From a virus: a DNA stretch of 64,000 nucleotides. The notes under the pieces were generated by a model. It did not search any database. It was given only the letters and a program-made list of their open reading frames with translations, and was not told the origin of the DNA. The stretch spans positions 37,656-101,655 of IMG/VR virus record IMGVR_UViG_3300030107_001040; one strand, given 5' to 3'. Each line of letters opens with the position of its first letter. The stretch's first letter is position 1. The position numbers and the translations under genes are program-made. This document shows positions 18,685-26,694 of this stretch, piece after piece.

Positions 18685-19110
18685 ATGAACTACAACACTT
18701 ACGAAGTTCTATTAGGACGTGACAACGGTTACAACAAAACTGTTCATGTCCATGACTGTATGTACGAGGATGAGGCAAGACTACTTGCTGAATCACAGTA
18801 TGGTCTTTCTGCTTTAAGGGTGTTGTATCAAGGCAGAACTGACCAGCAAAGAACACAGGATGAGTTAGCACCACCATACTATCAACCTAGAGGTTCTCTC
18901 TGGTCAGGTTTAGCAGTTCCTTCAGTATTGCTAGGACTCGTGGGTGTTGTTTTAGTTGTGGAATTCTGGTGGGTGTTTCTACTAGGAGCAGGAGGAGTAG
19001 CAGGTTATAAAGCATATCGTGACCGTCCTAACTTAGGTAAAGATACTACTGAGTATGAGGAGGAAGACGAGGAGGAAATGACACTAGATGAGTATTTGAA
19101 CTCAATTTAG
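18685..19110 (+). CDS. Hypothetical membrane protein
   Basis: Hydrophobic stretch 'GLAVPSVLLGLVGVVLVVEFWWVFLLGAGGVAGY' and an acidic tail. Confidence 0.7.
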   Translation: MNYNTYEVLLGRDNGYNKTVHVHDCMYEDEARLLAESQYGLSALRVLYQGRTDQQRTQDELAPPYYQPRGSLWSGLAVPSVLLGLVGVVLVVEFWWVFLLGAGGVAGYKAYRDRPNLGKDTTEYEEEDEEEMTLDEYLNSI

Positions 19111-19238
19111 ATATGTGTAGATTGTCAGTGGATCAGCACCAAAATGCCTAAATAGTAGCAGAGTTATCGGAGGTGTTAAAATGATCCCTACTTCTCTATA
19201 TCATGTTGGCGTAAACAGTCCATTTGGAGATCTAACCT

Positions 19239-19412
19239 ATGCACAATATCCTTTCTCAAAACCGATTAATAGAATGGCAACATTCTAGTAATTACACGAC
19301 ACAACCAAGTGCAGACGATCTTATGGACGATTATTTTGAGTGTCTCATAGATTGCTCAGACAGTTCACATGACGCTTCATGCAGGAGGATATGTTCTGAA
19401 ATGCTACGATAA
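19239..19412 (+). CDS. Small 57-aa protein with CxxxC...CxxxC (not in ORF track)
   Basis: MHNILSQNRLIEW...DDYFECLIDCSDSSHDASCRRICSEMLR; SD GGAG; followed by a terminator. Confidence 0.7.
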   Translation: MHNILSQNRLIEWQHSSNYTTQPSADDLMDDYFECLIDCSDSSHDASCRRICSEMLR

Positions 19413-19425
19413 GTTAAGTTATTTG

Positions 19426-19453
19426 AGACCACCTTGACGGTGGTCTTTTTTTT
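19426..19453 (+). terminator. Rho-independent terminator overlapping a promoter
   Basis: AGACCACC-ttgac-GGTGGTCT followed by a T run. Confidence 0.8.
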
Positions 19454-19462
19454 ATGTACAAT
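19434..19462 (+). promoter_or_regulatory. Sigma70-type promoter
   Basis: TTGACG-17 nt-TACAAT; the -35 lies in the terminator loop. Confidence 0.7.
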
Positions 19463-19489
19463 ATTCCTATACACGCAACAGAAACAACC

Positions 19490-20023
19490 ATGTTTACTGA
19501 GATCTTTGAAGACGGCAGTCTAACCAACTATATCGGCACTAACGTGCAAGACCCTTGGCAGTCCACCCCATTTGAAGGATATGTCCACATGAGTCCTAAG
19601 CAGAAGGGTGAGTTTGGTGAAAGGTTCGTGACTAAGTATTTTGAGTTACAGGGATCAGGAGTCAAGAGGGCAAAGACATCTACAGCAGGACATGATAGAG
19701 TTGTTGACGAGATACTAACAGAGATCAAGTTCTCTCTTGCTACACGTGACAGAAAAGGAGGAGTCAAGAAGGACTCATTCATCATCAACCACGTATCTAA
19801 GGACAAGGACTGGGAGAGATTAGTTTTCTTTGGCATCAACCCAGACAACAGCAGCAGATTGGTCTGGTTCACTAAGGGAGATTTCCTTGCACACCTTGAG
19901 TCAGATGAGTGCTTGTTTGCTCATCAGCAGGGAGGCAAGAGCATAGAGAATGACGACTTCATTTGCACTAAAGTTAAAGATCTGCTAGAATGTGACTGGG
20001 TTAAGTCTGTGGAGGTATGGTAG
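19490..20023 (+). CDS. PD-(D/E)XK nuclease, restriction-endonuclease-like
   Basis: 'KQKGEFGE...GHDRVVDEILTEIKFS' has the E...D...ExK arrangement. Start placed at MFTEIF because the ATG at 19454 overlaps the -10 box. Confidence 0.65.
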   Translation: MFTEIFEDGSLTNYIGTNVQDPWQSTPFEGYVHMSPKQKGEFGERFVTKYFELQGSGVKRAKTSTAGHDRVVDEILTEIKFSLATRDRKGGVKKDSFIINHVSKDKDWERLVFFGINPDNSSRLVWFTKGDFLAHLESDECLFAHQQGGKSIENDDFICTKVKDLLECDWVKSVEVW

Positions 20024-20742
20024 ATTTATTATATGGTGACTGCTTAAAACTGTTACCTAATTTGCTTGATGATAGTATTGATATGTTACTGGTAGATTTA
20101 CCGTATGGTACTACTGCTTGTAAATGGGATAGTGTGTTACCACTTGACAAACTATGGGAGCAATACAATAGAGTATGTAAGAAGGATGCCGCTATGGTAT
20201 TCACAGCAGCACAACCATTTACTACTGTCTTGGCATCATCCAATATCAGTAATTTCAGGTATGAGTGGATATGGGAGAAACCGCAGGGAACTAATCCTAT
20301 GAACTCTAAGATCATGCCACTAAAGGCACATGAGAATATATTGGTATTTTATAGAATTAAACCAACATATAATCCTCAAATGTGGTATTCTACTCCTTAC
20401 AGTGGGTTCAGTTCTGATACTGCTAAGATAGGTGAGGTCTATGGTCAGCAGCAGTCTAAGCATAGAGATAATCCTGAAGGATCACGCTACCCTAAGACAG
20501 TATTGAAATTTAAACAAGAGAAGGGACAGCACCCAACACAGAAACCAGTCAAGTTGATGGAATATTTGATTAAGACCTATACTAACGAGGGTGATACAGT
20601 ATTGGATAATACTATGGGATCAGGCACGACTGGAGTGGCAGCAGTTGACACTGGTAGAAACTTCATTGGTATGGAGAATAATAGAGACTACTACCAGACA
20701 GCAGAGAATAGAATTAATCATCCTATCAGGTCTCTACTATGA
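20017..20742 (+). CDS. DNA methyltransferase, N6A/N4C beta class
   Basis: 'DLPYG', 'HPTQKPV.L', 'VLDNTMGSGTTG'. Confidence 0.93.
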   Translation: MVDLLYGDCLKLLPNLLDDSIDMLLVDLPYGTTACKWDSVLPLDKLWEQYNRVCKKDAAMVFTAAQPFTTVLASSNISNFRYEWIWEKPQGTNPMNSKIMPLKAHENILVFYRIKPTYNPQMWYSTPYSGFSSDTAKIGEVYGQQQSKHRDNPEGSRYPKTVLKFKQEKGQHPTQKPVKLMEYLIKTYTNEGDTVLDNTMGSGTTGVAAVDTGRNFIGMENNRDYYQTAENRINHPIRSLL

Positions 20743-21710
20743 AGGATACTATTTTATATGGAGACTGTAGAGAAACACTGCCAGCATTTATAGACAAAGC
20801 ACGAATGTGTGTCACCTCACCACCATACTACGGATTAAGAGACTATGGTGGTAAGGATGAGCAGATAGGGCAGGAGCAGTCACCAGAAGAGTATATTGAC
20901 CAGTTAGTACAAGTGTTCAGGAAGGTTAGAGACTGTCTTACAGATGATGGCACCTTATGGGTTAATATTGGTGATTCATATTATAATTATAGACCTGGAA
21001 AAGGTCAGGCACTAAACAAGCAGTCAGTCAGTAAGACTAAGCAGGATTTACCAGACGAGTGTCCACGTAGAGGAAACAAATTAGAAGGACTCAAAGAAAA
21101 GGATTTAATCGGCATCCCTTGGATGTTGGCATTTGCTCTACGTGCAGATGGATGGTATTTGAGGCAGGATATTATATGGCACAAACCTAATCCCATGCCA
21201 GAGTCAGTCAAGGACAGATGCACTAAGGCACATGAGTATATTTTTCTATTCAGTAAAAATAAGAAGTATTTCTATGACAACGAAGCAATCAAGGAACCTG
21301 CAAAGGACTGGGGAACCAGAGACAGATCAAAAGGAAAGTATCACAACGAGGGAACAGGACTGCAACCGCATACAGGTCTTACAAAATCATATCCAACAAA
21401 AAATAAACGATCTGTCTGGTCAGTAACTAACAAACCATACAAGGGATCACATTTTGCAGTGTTTCCACCTGACCTGATTGAACCATGTATCAAGGCAGGT
21501 AGTGAGAAGGGTGATGTGGTATTAGATCCATTTATGGGATCAGGCACAACTGGTATGGTAGCGAAACAGTTAGGCAGATACTACCTAGGATGCGAACTGA
21601 ACGAGGACTATAGAAATTTGATAGAGACACGTGTGTCGGATAACAAAGTGGTACAAATTTGTGACAAACCCGTAACAAACGGGTTGAGTGACTTGATTCA
21701 GTCTGTATAA
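20739..21710 (+). CDS. DNA methyltransferase, N4C-like beta class
   Basis: 'VTSPPYYGLRDY', 'IIWHKPNPMPESVKDRCT', 'HFAVFP', 'VLDPFMGSGTTG'. Confidence 0.94.
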   Translation: MKDTILYGDCRETLPAFIDKARMCVTSPPYYGLRDYGGKDEQIGQEQSPEEYIDQLVQVFRKVRDCLTDDGTLWVNIGDSYYNYRPGKGQALNKQSVSKTKQDLPDECPRRGNKLEGLKEKDLIGIPWMLAFALRADGWYLRQDIIWHKPNPMPESVKDRCTKAHEYIFLFSKNKKYFYDNEAIKEPAKDWGTRDRSKGKYHNEGTGLQPHTGLTKSYPTKNKRSVWSVTNKPYKGSHFAVFPPDLIEPCIKAGSEKGDVVLDPFMGSGTTGMVAKQLGRYYLGCELNEDYRNLIETRVSDNKVVQICDKPVTNGLSDLIQSV

Positions 21711-21711
21711 T
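21633..21711 (+). promoter_or_regulatory. Early promoter (degenerate dyad copy 4)
   Basis: GTGTCG-N10-TGGTAC; TATAAT at 21706, with longer spacing than the other copies. Confidence 0.4.
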
Positions 21712-21763
21712 GTGAGGAGGCAGCACACCGTTGCCTAAATGTTCAAAAAATCATCATTTTAAA

Positions 21764-22093
21764 ATGACAGCAACGACCTTGACTACCCCTTCAACATCTA
21801 AAACAACTAGAAAAAGAAGGTCTAGGAAGGCAAAGACTACTCCACTAAATAGAACACCTAAGACTGAGGTAATTACTGTGACCGAATCAACCGCACCTGC
21901 CAGAGTCCGTCCAGAGAAACCAAACCTAACTTGGGAAGACTACAGAGATGACGCTAAAGTCAGATATGAGATTCACCAGTATGAGGTTCAGGAATTATGG
22001 AACGACTGCAAGTGGGTTTATCAACAGTCACTACCATACGTCACTAAGGGTTTCAACTACGTGAGAGATAGATTCAATTCCTTCAAGAAGTAA
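21764..22093 (+). CDS. Hypothetical protein with basic N-terminus
   Basis: In-frame ATG (MTATTL...RKRRSRKAK) within ORF 21731..22093. Confidence 0.65.
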   Translation: MTATTLTTPSTSKTTRKRRSRKAKTTPLNRTPKTEVITVTESTAPARVRPEKPNLTWEDYRDDAKVRYEIHQYEVQELWNDCKWVYQQSLPYVTKGFNYVRDRFNSFKK

Positions 22094-22149
22094 TCCGCAT
22101 TTCAAAGTGTCACATGTCCCCTCTAACGAGGGGATTTTTCATGTACAAT
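22092..22149 (+). promoter_or_regulatory. Dyad half-site/terminator/promoter cassette (copy 5)
   Basis: AAAGTGTCAC, hairpin TCCCCTC-taac-GAGGGGA-TTTTT, then TACAAT at 22144. Confidence 0.65.
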
Positions 22150-22172
22150 GAAATTATTCAGAAGAGAACCGA

Positions 22173-23405
22173 GTGACAACACTGAGACCACATCAGCAAC
22201 GTGCATACGATAAGATGAACACAGCAGTATGTGGTCAGGTTATTGTTCCTACTGGTGGTGGCAAGACTTATATAATGATACAGGACTGCATCAGGAGATT
22301 AAAGACTAGGCATGATGACAGAGTGATCGTGGTGGTGGCACCTCGTATATTATTAGCAAACCAGTTGAGCAGTGAGTTCACTGGTCTATTAGATGATGAT
22401 ATAAATGTATTACACGTGCATAGCGGAGAAACACATTTTGACAGCACGACTAATGCGGAGGAGGTAGCGCAGTGGGTAAGTGATAGGACTGGTAACAGTA
22501 TAATATTTACCACTTACCACTCCTTACCACGTATTGTCAAGAGTGCTATACAGATTGATACCATATATTTTGATGAAGCGCACAACGGATGCGGAAAGAA
22601 GTTTTTTGAGGGCATTTTGAATACTGCTGAATATGCGAAGAGAAGATTTTACTTTACTGCTACACCTCGTATAGGTAGAGGCACCAGCAAAGAACGTGGT
22701 ATGAATAATACTACTGTATGGGGTGAAGTGTTAGAGCAGGTTGAAGCACGTGAACTGATTAACAGTGGTGCTATACTTCCACCGAAGGTCACACCATTTG
22801 AGACTGATCGGACTCGTGATAAGATTAACGCTCACGAGGTTGACGCTAGTAACCTAAAGGACATCATTAAGCAGTTTGATTCTAATGCCAAGGTATTAGT
22901 AGCAGCACCGAGCACTAGGATACTATGGAACATGCTCACTAAGACTGATATTCTTGACTGGTTCAAAAAGCAGAATTATGACGTGATGCACATCACATCT
23001 AAGCATGGTGCCTACGTTAATGGCAAGAAGGTAGGAAGAGAATCATTTTTTGATACCTTGTCAGACTGGGGTAACAGCAACCGCAGATTTGTGGTATTCC
23101 ATTACAGCATATTGTCAGAGGGTATAAATGTACCAGGATTGACTCATACTGTATTATTGAGGAATTTACCTATTATTGAAATGGCACAAACCATAGGTAG
23201 AGTTATCAGAGTTCATCCTGAAGATAGGAAGGATGTAGAAGATGGTATCATACCAGCAGCGCAGTTCACTTTATACCGTAAAGGTTATGGTAGTGTTACT
23301 GTTCCCTTGACTGGTAAGTATGGTGCCAAGATCGCTCAAAGATTAGAGCGAGTGGTTACCGACATATTTGTAGAGGGAAGACCACCAACTGCCTACACAT
23401 CTTAG
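22173..23405 (+). CDS. SF2 DEAD/DEAH-like helicase (ResIII-like)
   Basis: 'LRPHQ', 'PTGGGKT', 'DEAH', 'TATP', 'ILSEGINVP', 'QTIGRVIR'. Confidence 0.9.
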   Translation: MTTLRPHQQRAYDKMNTAVCGQVIVPTGGGKTYIMIQDCIRRLKTRHDDRVIVVVAPRILLANQLSSEFTGLLDDDINVLHVHSGETHFDSTTNAEEVAQWVSDRTGNSIIFTTYHSLPRIVKSAIQIDTIYFDEAHNGCGKKFFEGILNTAEYAKRRFYFTATPRIGRGTSKERGMNNTTVWGEVLEQVEARELINSGAILPPKVTPFETDRTRDKINAHEVDASNLKDIIKQFDSNAKVLVAAPSTRILWNMLTKTDILDWFKKQNYDVMHITSKHGAYVNGKKVGRESFFDTLSDWGNSNRRFVVFHYSILSEGINVPGLTHTVLLRNLPIIEMAQTIGRVIRVHPEDRKDVEDGIIPAAQFTLYRKGYGSVTVPLTGKYGAKIAQRLERVVTDIFVEGRPPTAYTS

Positions 23406-23466
23406 GACAGTTTGCAAAGTGAACACATTTTCCCCCACTGTCCCCTTGCTTTGCTATTATATAAAT
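23404..23466 (+). promoter_or_regulatory. Early promoter (dyad copy 6)
   Basis: AGGACA-N10-TGAACA; TGcTATTAT with the hexamer at 23455. Confidence 0.6.
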
Positions 23467-23618
23467 GTTGAGGGATACGTGGTTCTACTGCCCAAAACTC
23501 ATTTGTGGGGTTATCCTACTAAGATATGAGGAGTAGGGGTTCAGGTGTAAGCGATTCCCAGTAGGTAAATTTGGTCTCTTGGGTGAAACCCATTGAAGTT
23601 AGACCCACTCTCTCAACA
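23466..23618 (+). ncRNA. Candidate structured ncRNA 2
   Basis: 10-bp closing stem TGTTGAGGGA/TCTCTCAACA, five inner helices and complementary loops; starts at the predicted TSS. Confidence 0.65.
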
Positions 23619-23757
23619 CCCCAAACCATGATCTTATTCAAGTGCATTACCAAATGACTGAAGAGTGTTACAAGTTGCTTTGCAACCCTACTCCGATCAT
23701 CAAGTACTATTTCTTGACTGGTATCGGATCTTATCAACCACGCAAGGAGGAAAAGAA

Positions 23758-23970
23758 ATGAAATCCGCAGTATTTCAAGTTCGCATCCAACTAGATGATG
23801 AGAACGATCCGATCAACCCAGTTCACTTATGCGAAGAGATTCAAGCATATTTGAACTCTTGGCACTCTCAACTGGACGAGTCCACTGACGAGTATCAGGA
23901 TGCTAGAGTTGTAGGATACAAGTTTGAATACGACAAGTTTCTACCATTCACTGCTCAGGAGGAATACTAA
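23758..23970 (+). CDS. Hypothetical protein
   Basis: ATG with SD AAGGAGG inside ORF 23665..23970. Confidence 0.65.
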   Translation: MKSAVFQVRIQLDDENDPINPVHLCEEIQAYLNSWHSQLDESTDEYQDARVVGYKFEYDKFLPFTAQEEY

Positions 23971-24128
23971 TGAAGGAATTCAGAATCGTTGCTTCACGTG
24001 TTACCAATTATGTTGCATACGTGGAAGCAGAGAACGAAGCAGAAGCAGAATTTCTTTCTAGTGATGTTGACTGGCAGTTTTTGGATGATGAGGACTACGA
24101 GGTCTACACAGTTGAGGAGGTTGAGTAA
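23970..24128 (+). CDS. Small acidic hypothetical protein (not in track)
   Basis: MKEFRIVASRV...VEAENEAEAE...; SD AGGAGG; TAATG coupling. Confidence 0.65.
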   Translation: MKEFRIVASRVTNYVAYVEAENEAEAEFLSSDVDWQFLDDEDYEVYTVEEVE

Positions 24129-24305
24129 ATGAAATTACATCAAGACTGGTCACAACGCTACATGAAAGACTGTCGTTTGACTTTTGAAGAGCATCACCTA
24201 AACAACGAGTGGTTTAACAAGATGCTCTACATGCTTAAGGATGATGGACAGTTATATGTCCCATTTCTTAAGAAATCGTTTAACAAGCGAGGTGAGGAAC
24301 TATGA
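24129..24305 (+). CDS. Hypothetical protein (not in track)
   Basis: 58 aa, MKLHQDWSQRY...; SD GAGGAGG. Confidence 0.6.
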   Translation: MKLHQDWSQRYMKDCRLTFEEHHLNNEWFNKMLYMLKDDGQLYVPFLKKSFNKRGEEL

Positions 24306-24475
24306 ACTGGAAACCAGTTGACAAGTATACAAGGTCAGGCAAGGATGGTAAACTGTTAAAGTGTCCCAAGTGTGAATCCATCCATAAGGTTTATCACTTT
24401 GCATGGTCAGCACTTGGTTGCAACCACTGTGGTAAATCATTTGAGAAAAACCTATGGTTAGTGGAGACAGCATAA
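24302..24475 (+). CDS. Small zinc-ribbon protein (not in track)
   Basis: CPKC...CNHC pairs; ATGA overlap. Confidence 0.7.
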   Translation: MNWKPVDKYTRSGKDGKLLKCPKCESIHKVYHFAWSALGCNHCGKSFEKNLWLVETA

Positions 24476-24476
24476 A

Positions 24477-24710
24477 ATGGCACTTATCATTACACCAGAT
24501 GACCCCAACCTGTATAAAAGTATGAGAACACCAGAAGAAATTCGCAGAAGGCAGGAATTATGCCTTGATCTCATTCAAGTATGTCAAGATGATTTGACTG
24601 TCCTTGAACAACTGGTAGATGACCACGTTTATGACCTGACGTTAGAGCAGGTCAAAGAATACGAGGAATTATGCACCAGTATTCTGTCTCATCCTGATTA
24701 TGTCAAGTGA
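24477..24710 (+). CDS. Hypothetical acidic protein
   Basis: 77-aa ORF; SD GGAG. Confidence 0.6.
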   Translation: MALIITPDDPNLYKSMRTPEEIRRRQELCLDLIQVCQDDLTVLEQLVDDHVYDLTLEQVKEYEELCTSILSHPDYVK

Positions 24711-24713
24711 TAA

Positions 24714-24774
24714 GGGACAGTACGACAAAGTGTCCACTAAATGCCCCATTAGGGGCATTTTTTGTGTATATTAT
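24714..24774 (+). promoter_or_regulatory. Dyad/terminator/promoter cassette (copy 7)
   Basis: GGGACA-N11-TGTCCA, hairpin AAATGCCCC-atta-GGGGCATTT-TTT, then -10 TATATT/TATTAT. Confidence 0.7.
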
Positions 24775-24797
24775 AAGAGTAAACAAAAGAGGACTTT

Positions 24798-25142
24798 ATG
24801 ACCACTTCCTTTCCTGATCTTCCAACACTATCACTTGACGCAAAAGTGGAGTTGTGGGTTTTGGATTTGGTAGACGCACTTGAAGCAAACTACGCAAGTC
24901 GCTATCCAGATTCATCATGCCCTGTAAAGTTTGAAACTAAGATAGGTAAAAAGTACATCAAGATTATTCAGGTTGATGGAGGTGTCCACGCATTTGTTGA
25001 CAAGAAAACTGGTGAGGTCTACAAACCAGCATCTTGGAAAGCACCAGCAAAGCACGTAAGGTATGATCTCAGGATCATCAACCAACGTCAAGAGTGTCTA
25101 GCACGTGCTGACTGGGCAGGTGGTTATCTTTATCTACGCTAG
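24798..25142 (+). CDS. Conserved phage hypothetical protein
   Basis: 'GKKYIKI....VHAFVDKKTGEVYKPASWKAPAKHVRYDL...DWAGGYLY'. Confidence 0.8.
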   Translation: MTTSFPDLPTLSLDAKVELWVLDLVDALEANYASRYPDSSCPVKFETKIGKKYIKIIQVDGGVHAFVDKKTGEVYKPASWKAPAKHVRYDLRIINQRQECLARADWAGGYLYLR

Positions 25143-25154
25143 GAGGAAATCAAA

Positions 25155-25346
25155 ATGTCTTATCTTGAAGCAATCAGAGCACAACCTATGGATCAAATTG
25201 ATTTCCTACAGGAAGTATATGCAGACTATGTGGTCAAGCATAGACTACCTATGGTATCAGCAGATGAGCAGGATTTTCATCCTGAGCACACTGCATGGTT
25301 TCACAATTTCATTAAAGCATGGGATCATGCTCAGGAGGTATCATAA
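25155..25346 (+). CDS. Hypothetical protein
   Basis: SD AGGAGG; 63 aa. Confidence 0.65.
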   Translation: MSYLEAIRAQPMDQIDFLQEVYADYVVKHRLPMVSADEQDFHPEHTAWFHNFIKAWDHAQEVS

Positions 25347-25576
25347 TGCACCATTCTGAAACATTTGGACGCATATTCTGGGTTGATGAGGATTTTGAGT
25401 TTAGATCCTGTCCACAATACCTAGATGGAACTGGCGATTTTGATAATTCTGATTATGTATCAGAGTGGGATGACTGGGAAGGAGTGGATCTACAAAAACT
25501 CTTTGCCATTCATAAATCATGCGTTATTAACAAGGTTGAGCACGCAAATTCACTTACATTCAAGGAGGCACTCTAA
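25346..25576 (+). CDS. Hypothetical acidic protein
   Basis: Start at MHHSETFG (TAATG coupling, SD AGGAGG) within ORF 25319..25576. Confidence 0.65.
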   Translation: MHHSETFGRIFWVDEDFEFRSCPQYLDGTGDFDNSDYVSEWDDWEGVDLQKLFAIHKSCVINKVEHANSLTFKEAL

Positions 25577-25846
25577 ATGTCAAATCTACCTAAGAACGCA
25601 GCACAACTAGATGCGATCATTGAGCAGTATACAGATATTGTCCTTGAGCGCATGGATTACCAAGCACTTGAGCAGTATGTGTATGACTCTCTTATAGACT
25701 ATTATTCCAAAATGAGCAAGGTTGAACTAAAGGAGCATATCATAGAAATGGAAAATTCAGGATGTCCAGAAGATAACCTATGGGACGAACTCGCCGATAA
25801 TGTTAAAGATCTTGAAGATGCTATCCCGATTGACTATAATGGATGA
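25577..25846 (+). CDS. Hypothetical acidic protein
   Basis: SD AAGGAGG; 89 aa. Confidence 0.7.
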   Translation: MSNLPKNAAQLDAIIEQYTDIVLERMDYQALEQYVYDSLIDYYSKMSKVELKEHIIEMENSGCPEDNLWDELADNVKDLEDAIPIDYNG

Positions 25847-25885
25847 TATACTACTAGAAGGAACCAACCTAATGAGGACATCCAA

Positions 25886-26059
25886 ATGACCGTCACCAGA
25901 GTCAAAACCGATCATCACGTGATTGACTTCAGATCTAAGAAACTATACAAAGAGGTTCTGAAGGACTGCCGAGATCTAGGAATTTCACTTGACTACTACT
26001 TCTTTGAGTTTGAACTGGAGGCAGATGACCTACCAGAAGACGAGATAGATGACGATTGA
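25886..26059 (+). CDS. Small protein with acidic tail (not in track)
   Basis: MTVTRVKTD...ISLDYYFFEFELEADDLPEDEIDDD; SD GAGG. Confidence 0.6.
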   Translation: MTVTRVKTDHHVIDFRSKKLYKEVLKDCRDLGISLDYYFFEFELEADDLPEDEIDDD

Positions 26060-26107
26060 AGTACTGTCACACTAAACCCCCATTAGGGGGTTTTTTATGT
26101 GTATAAT
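26049..26107 (+). promoter_or_regulatory. Dyad/terminator/promoter cassette (copy 8)
   Basis: ATGACG-N10-TGTCAC, hairpin AAACCCCC-atta-GGGGGTTT-TTT, then TATAAT at 26102. Confidence 0.7.
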
Positions 26108-26131
26108 GAGTATAACAAACAAAGAGACCTT

Positions 26132-26350
26132 ATGAACAAAACTCAAACCATTATCAACAGAATACTACAGGTTGAGAATTTCCAAAATGTTGCCTGTGTA
26201 TGTGCTAACTGGGAAGAGTTTGTTCAGGAGTTGAGCGAGTGGGGTGTTACAGGATGTGCCAAAATAGAATTTGATGATCCTGAACTAGACATCCCAACAC
26301 TTGACAAATTTATGGTCACTGAAAATGGATATATCAGGGAGGTTGCTTAA
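26132..26350 (+). CDS. Hypothetical protein
   Basis: ATG (MNKTQTII) downstream of the promoter, within ORF 26099..26350. Confidence 0.65.
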   Translation: MNKTQTIINRILQVENFQNVACVCANWEEFVQELSEWGVTGCAKIEFDDPELDIPTLDKFMVTENGYIREVA

Positions 26351-26584
26351 ATGAACAGTCTTAAAGAATTTGTTGACTATGTTGCGTCATTCTACCTACC
26401 TAGTCACCCTGACGTGTTATACCCTATAGAGGGATTAACAGAACAGAGAATTTATGATGCTTTCTACGTTTATAAGCATAGACTGTTGAAAGCAGCAAAT
26501 AACCCTAATAATAATTTTACTTGGGGTTATGGCGACAGTTTAGACAGAGAGCGAGTAAGGGACATCATTTTAGAGACAGTATAG
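26351..26584 (+). CDS. Hypothetical protein
   Basis: 'FVDYV.SFY....LYPI...GDSLDRERVRDI'; SD GGAGG. Confidence 0.75.
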   Translation: MNSLKEFVDYVASFYLPSHPDVLYPIEGLTEQRIYDAFYVYKHRLLKAANNPNNNFTWGYGDSLDRERVRDIILETV

Positions 26585-26631
26585 AAACTGCCACAAGACC
26601 GCTTGATTTTTCCCTAAATCTATGCTATGCT
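26573..26631 (+). promoter_or_regulatory. Early promoter (dyad copy 9)
   Basis: GAGACA-N10-TGCCAC; TTGATT at 26603, then 17 nt, then TATGCT with an extended TG. Confidence 0.6.
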
Positions 26632-26694
26632 TAAAGCATAAAGGATGAGGAAAGAAACCAAGTCCAAACAGCACAAACATTCAATTTCAAAATT

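Noticed and set aside
13825-26631. NtcA/CRP sites, or a CRISPR array, as the explanation for the repeated dyad
   Set aside because: Arm sequence and the 10-nt spacer differ from both sites; copies are dispersed and degenerate, with no regular spacers.
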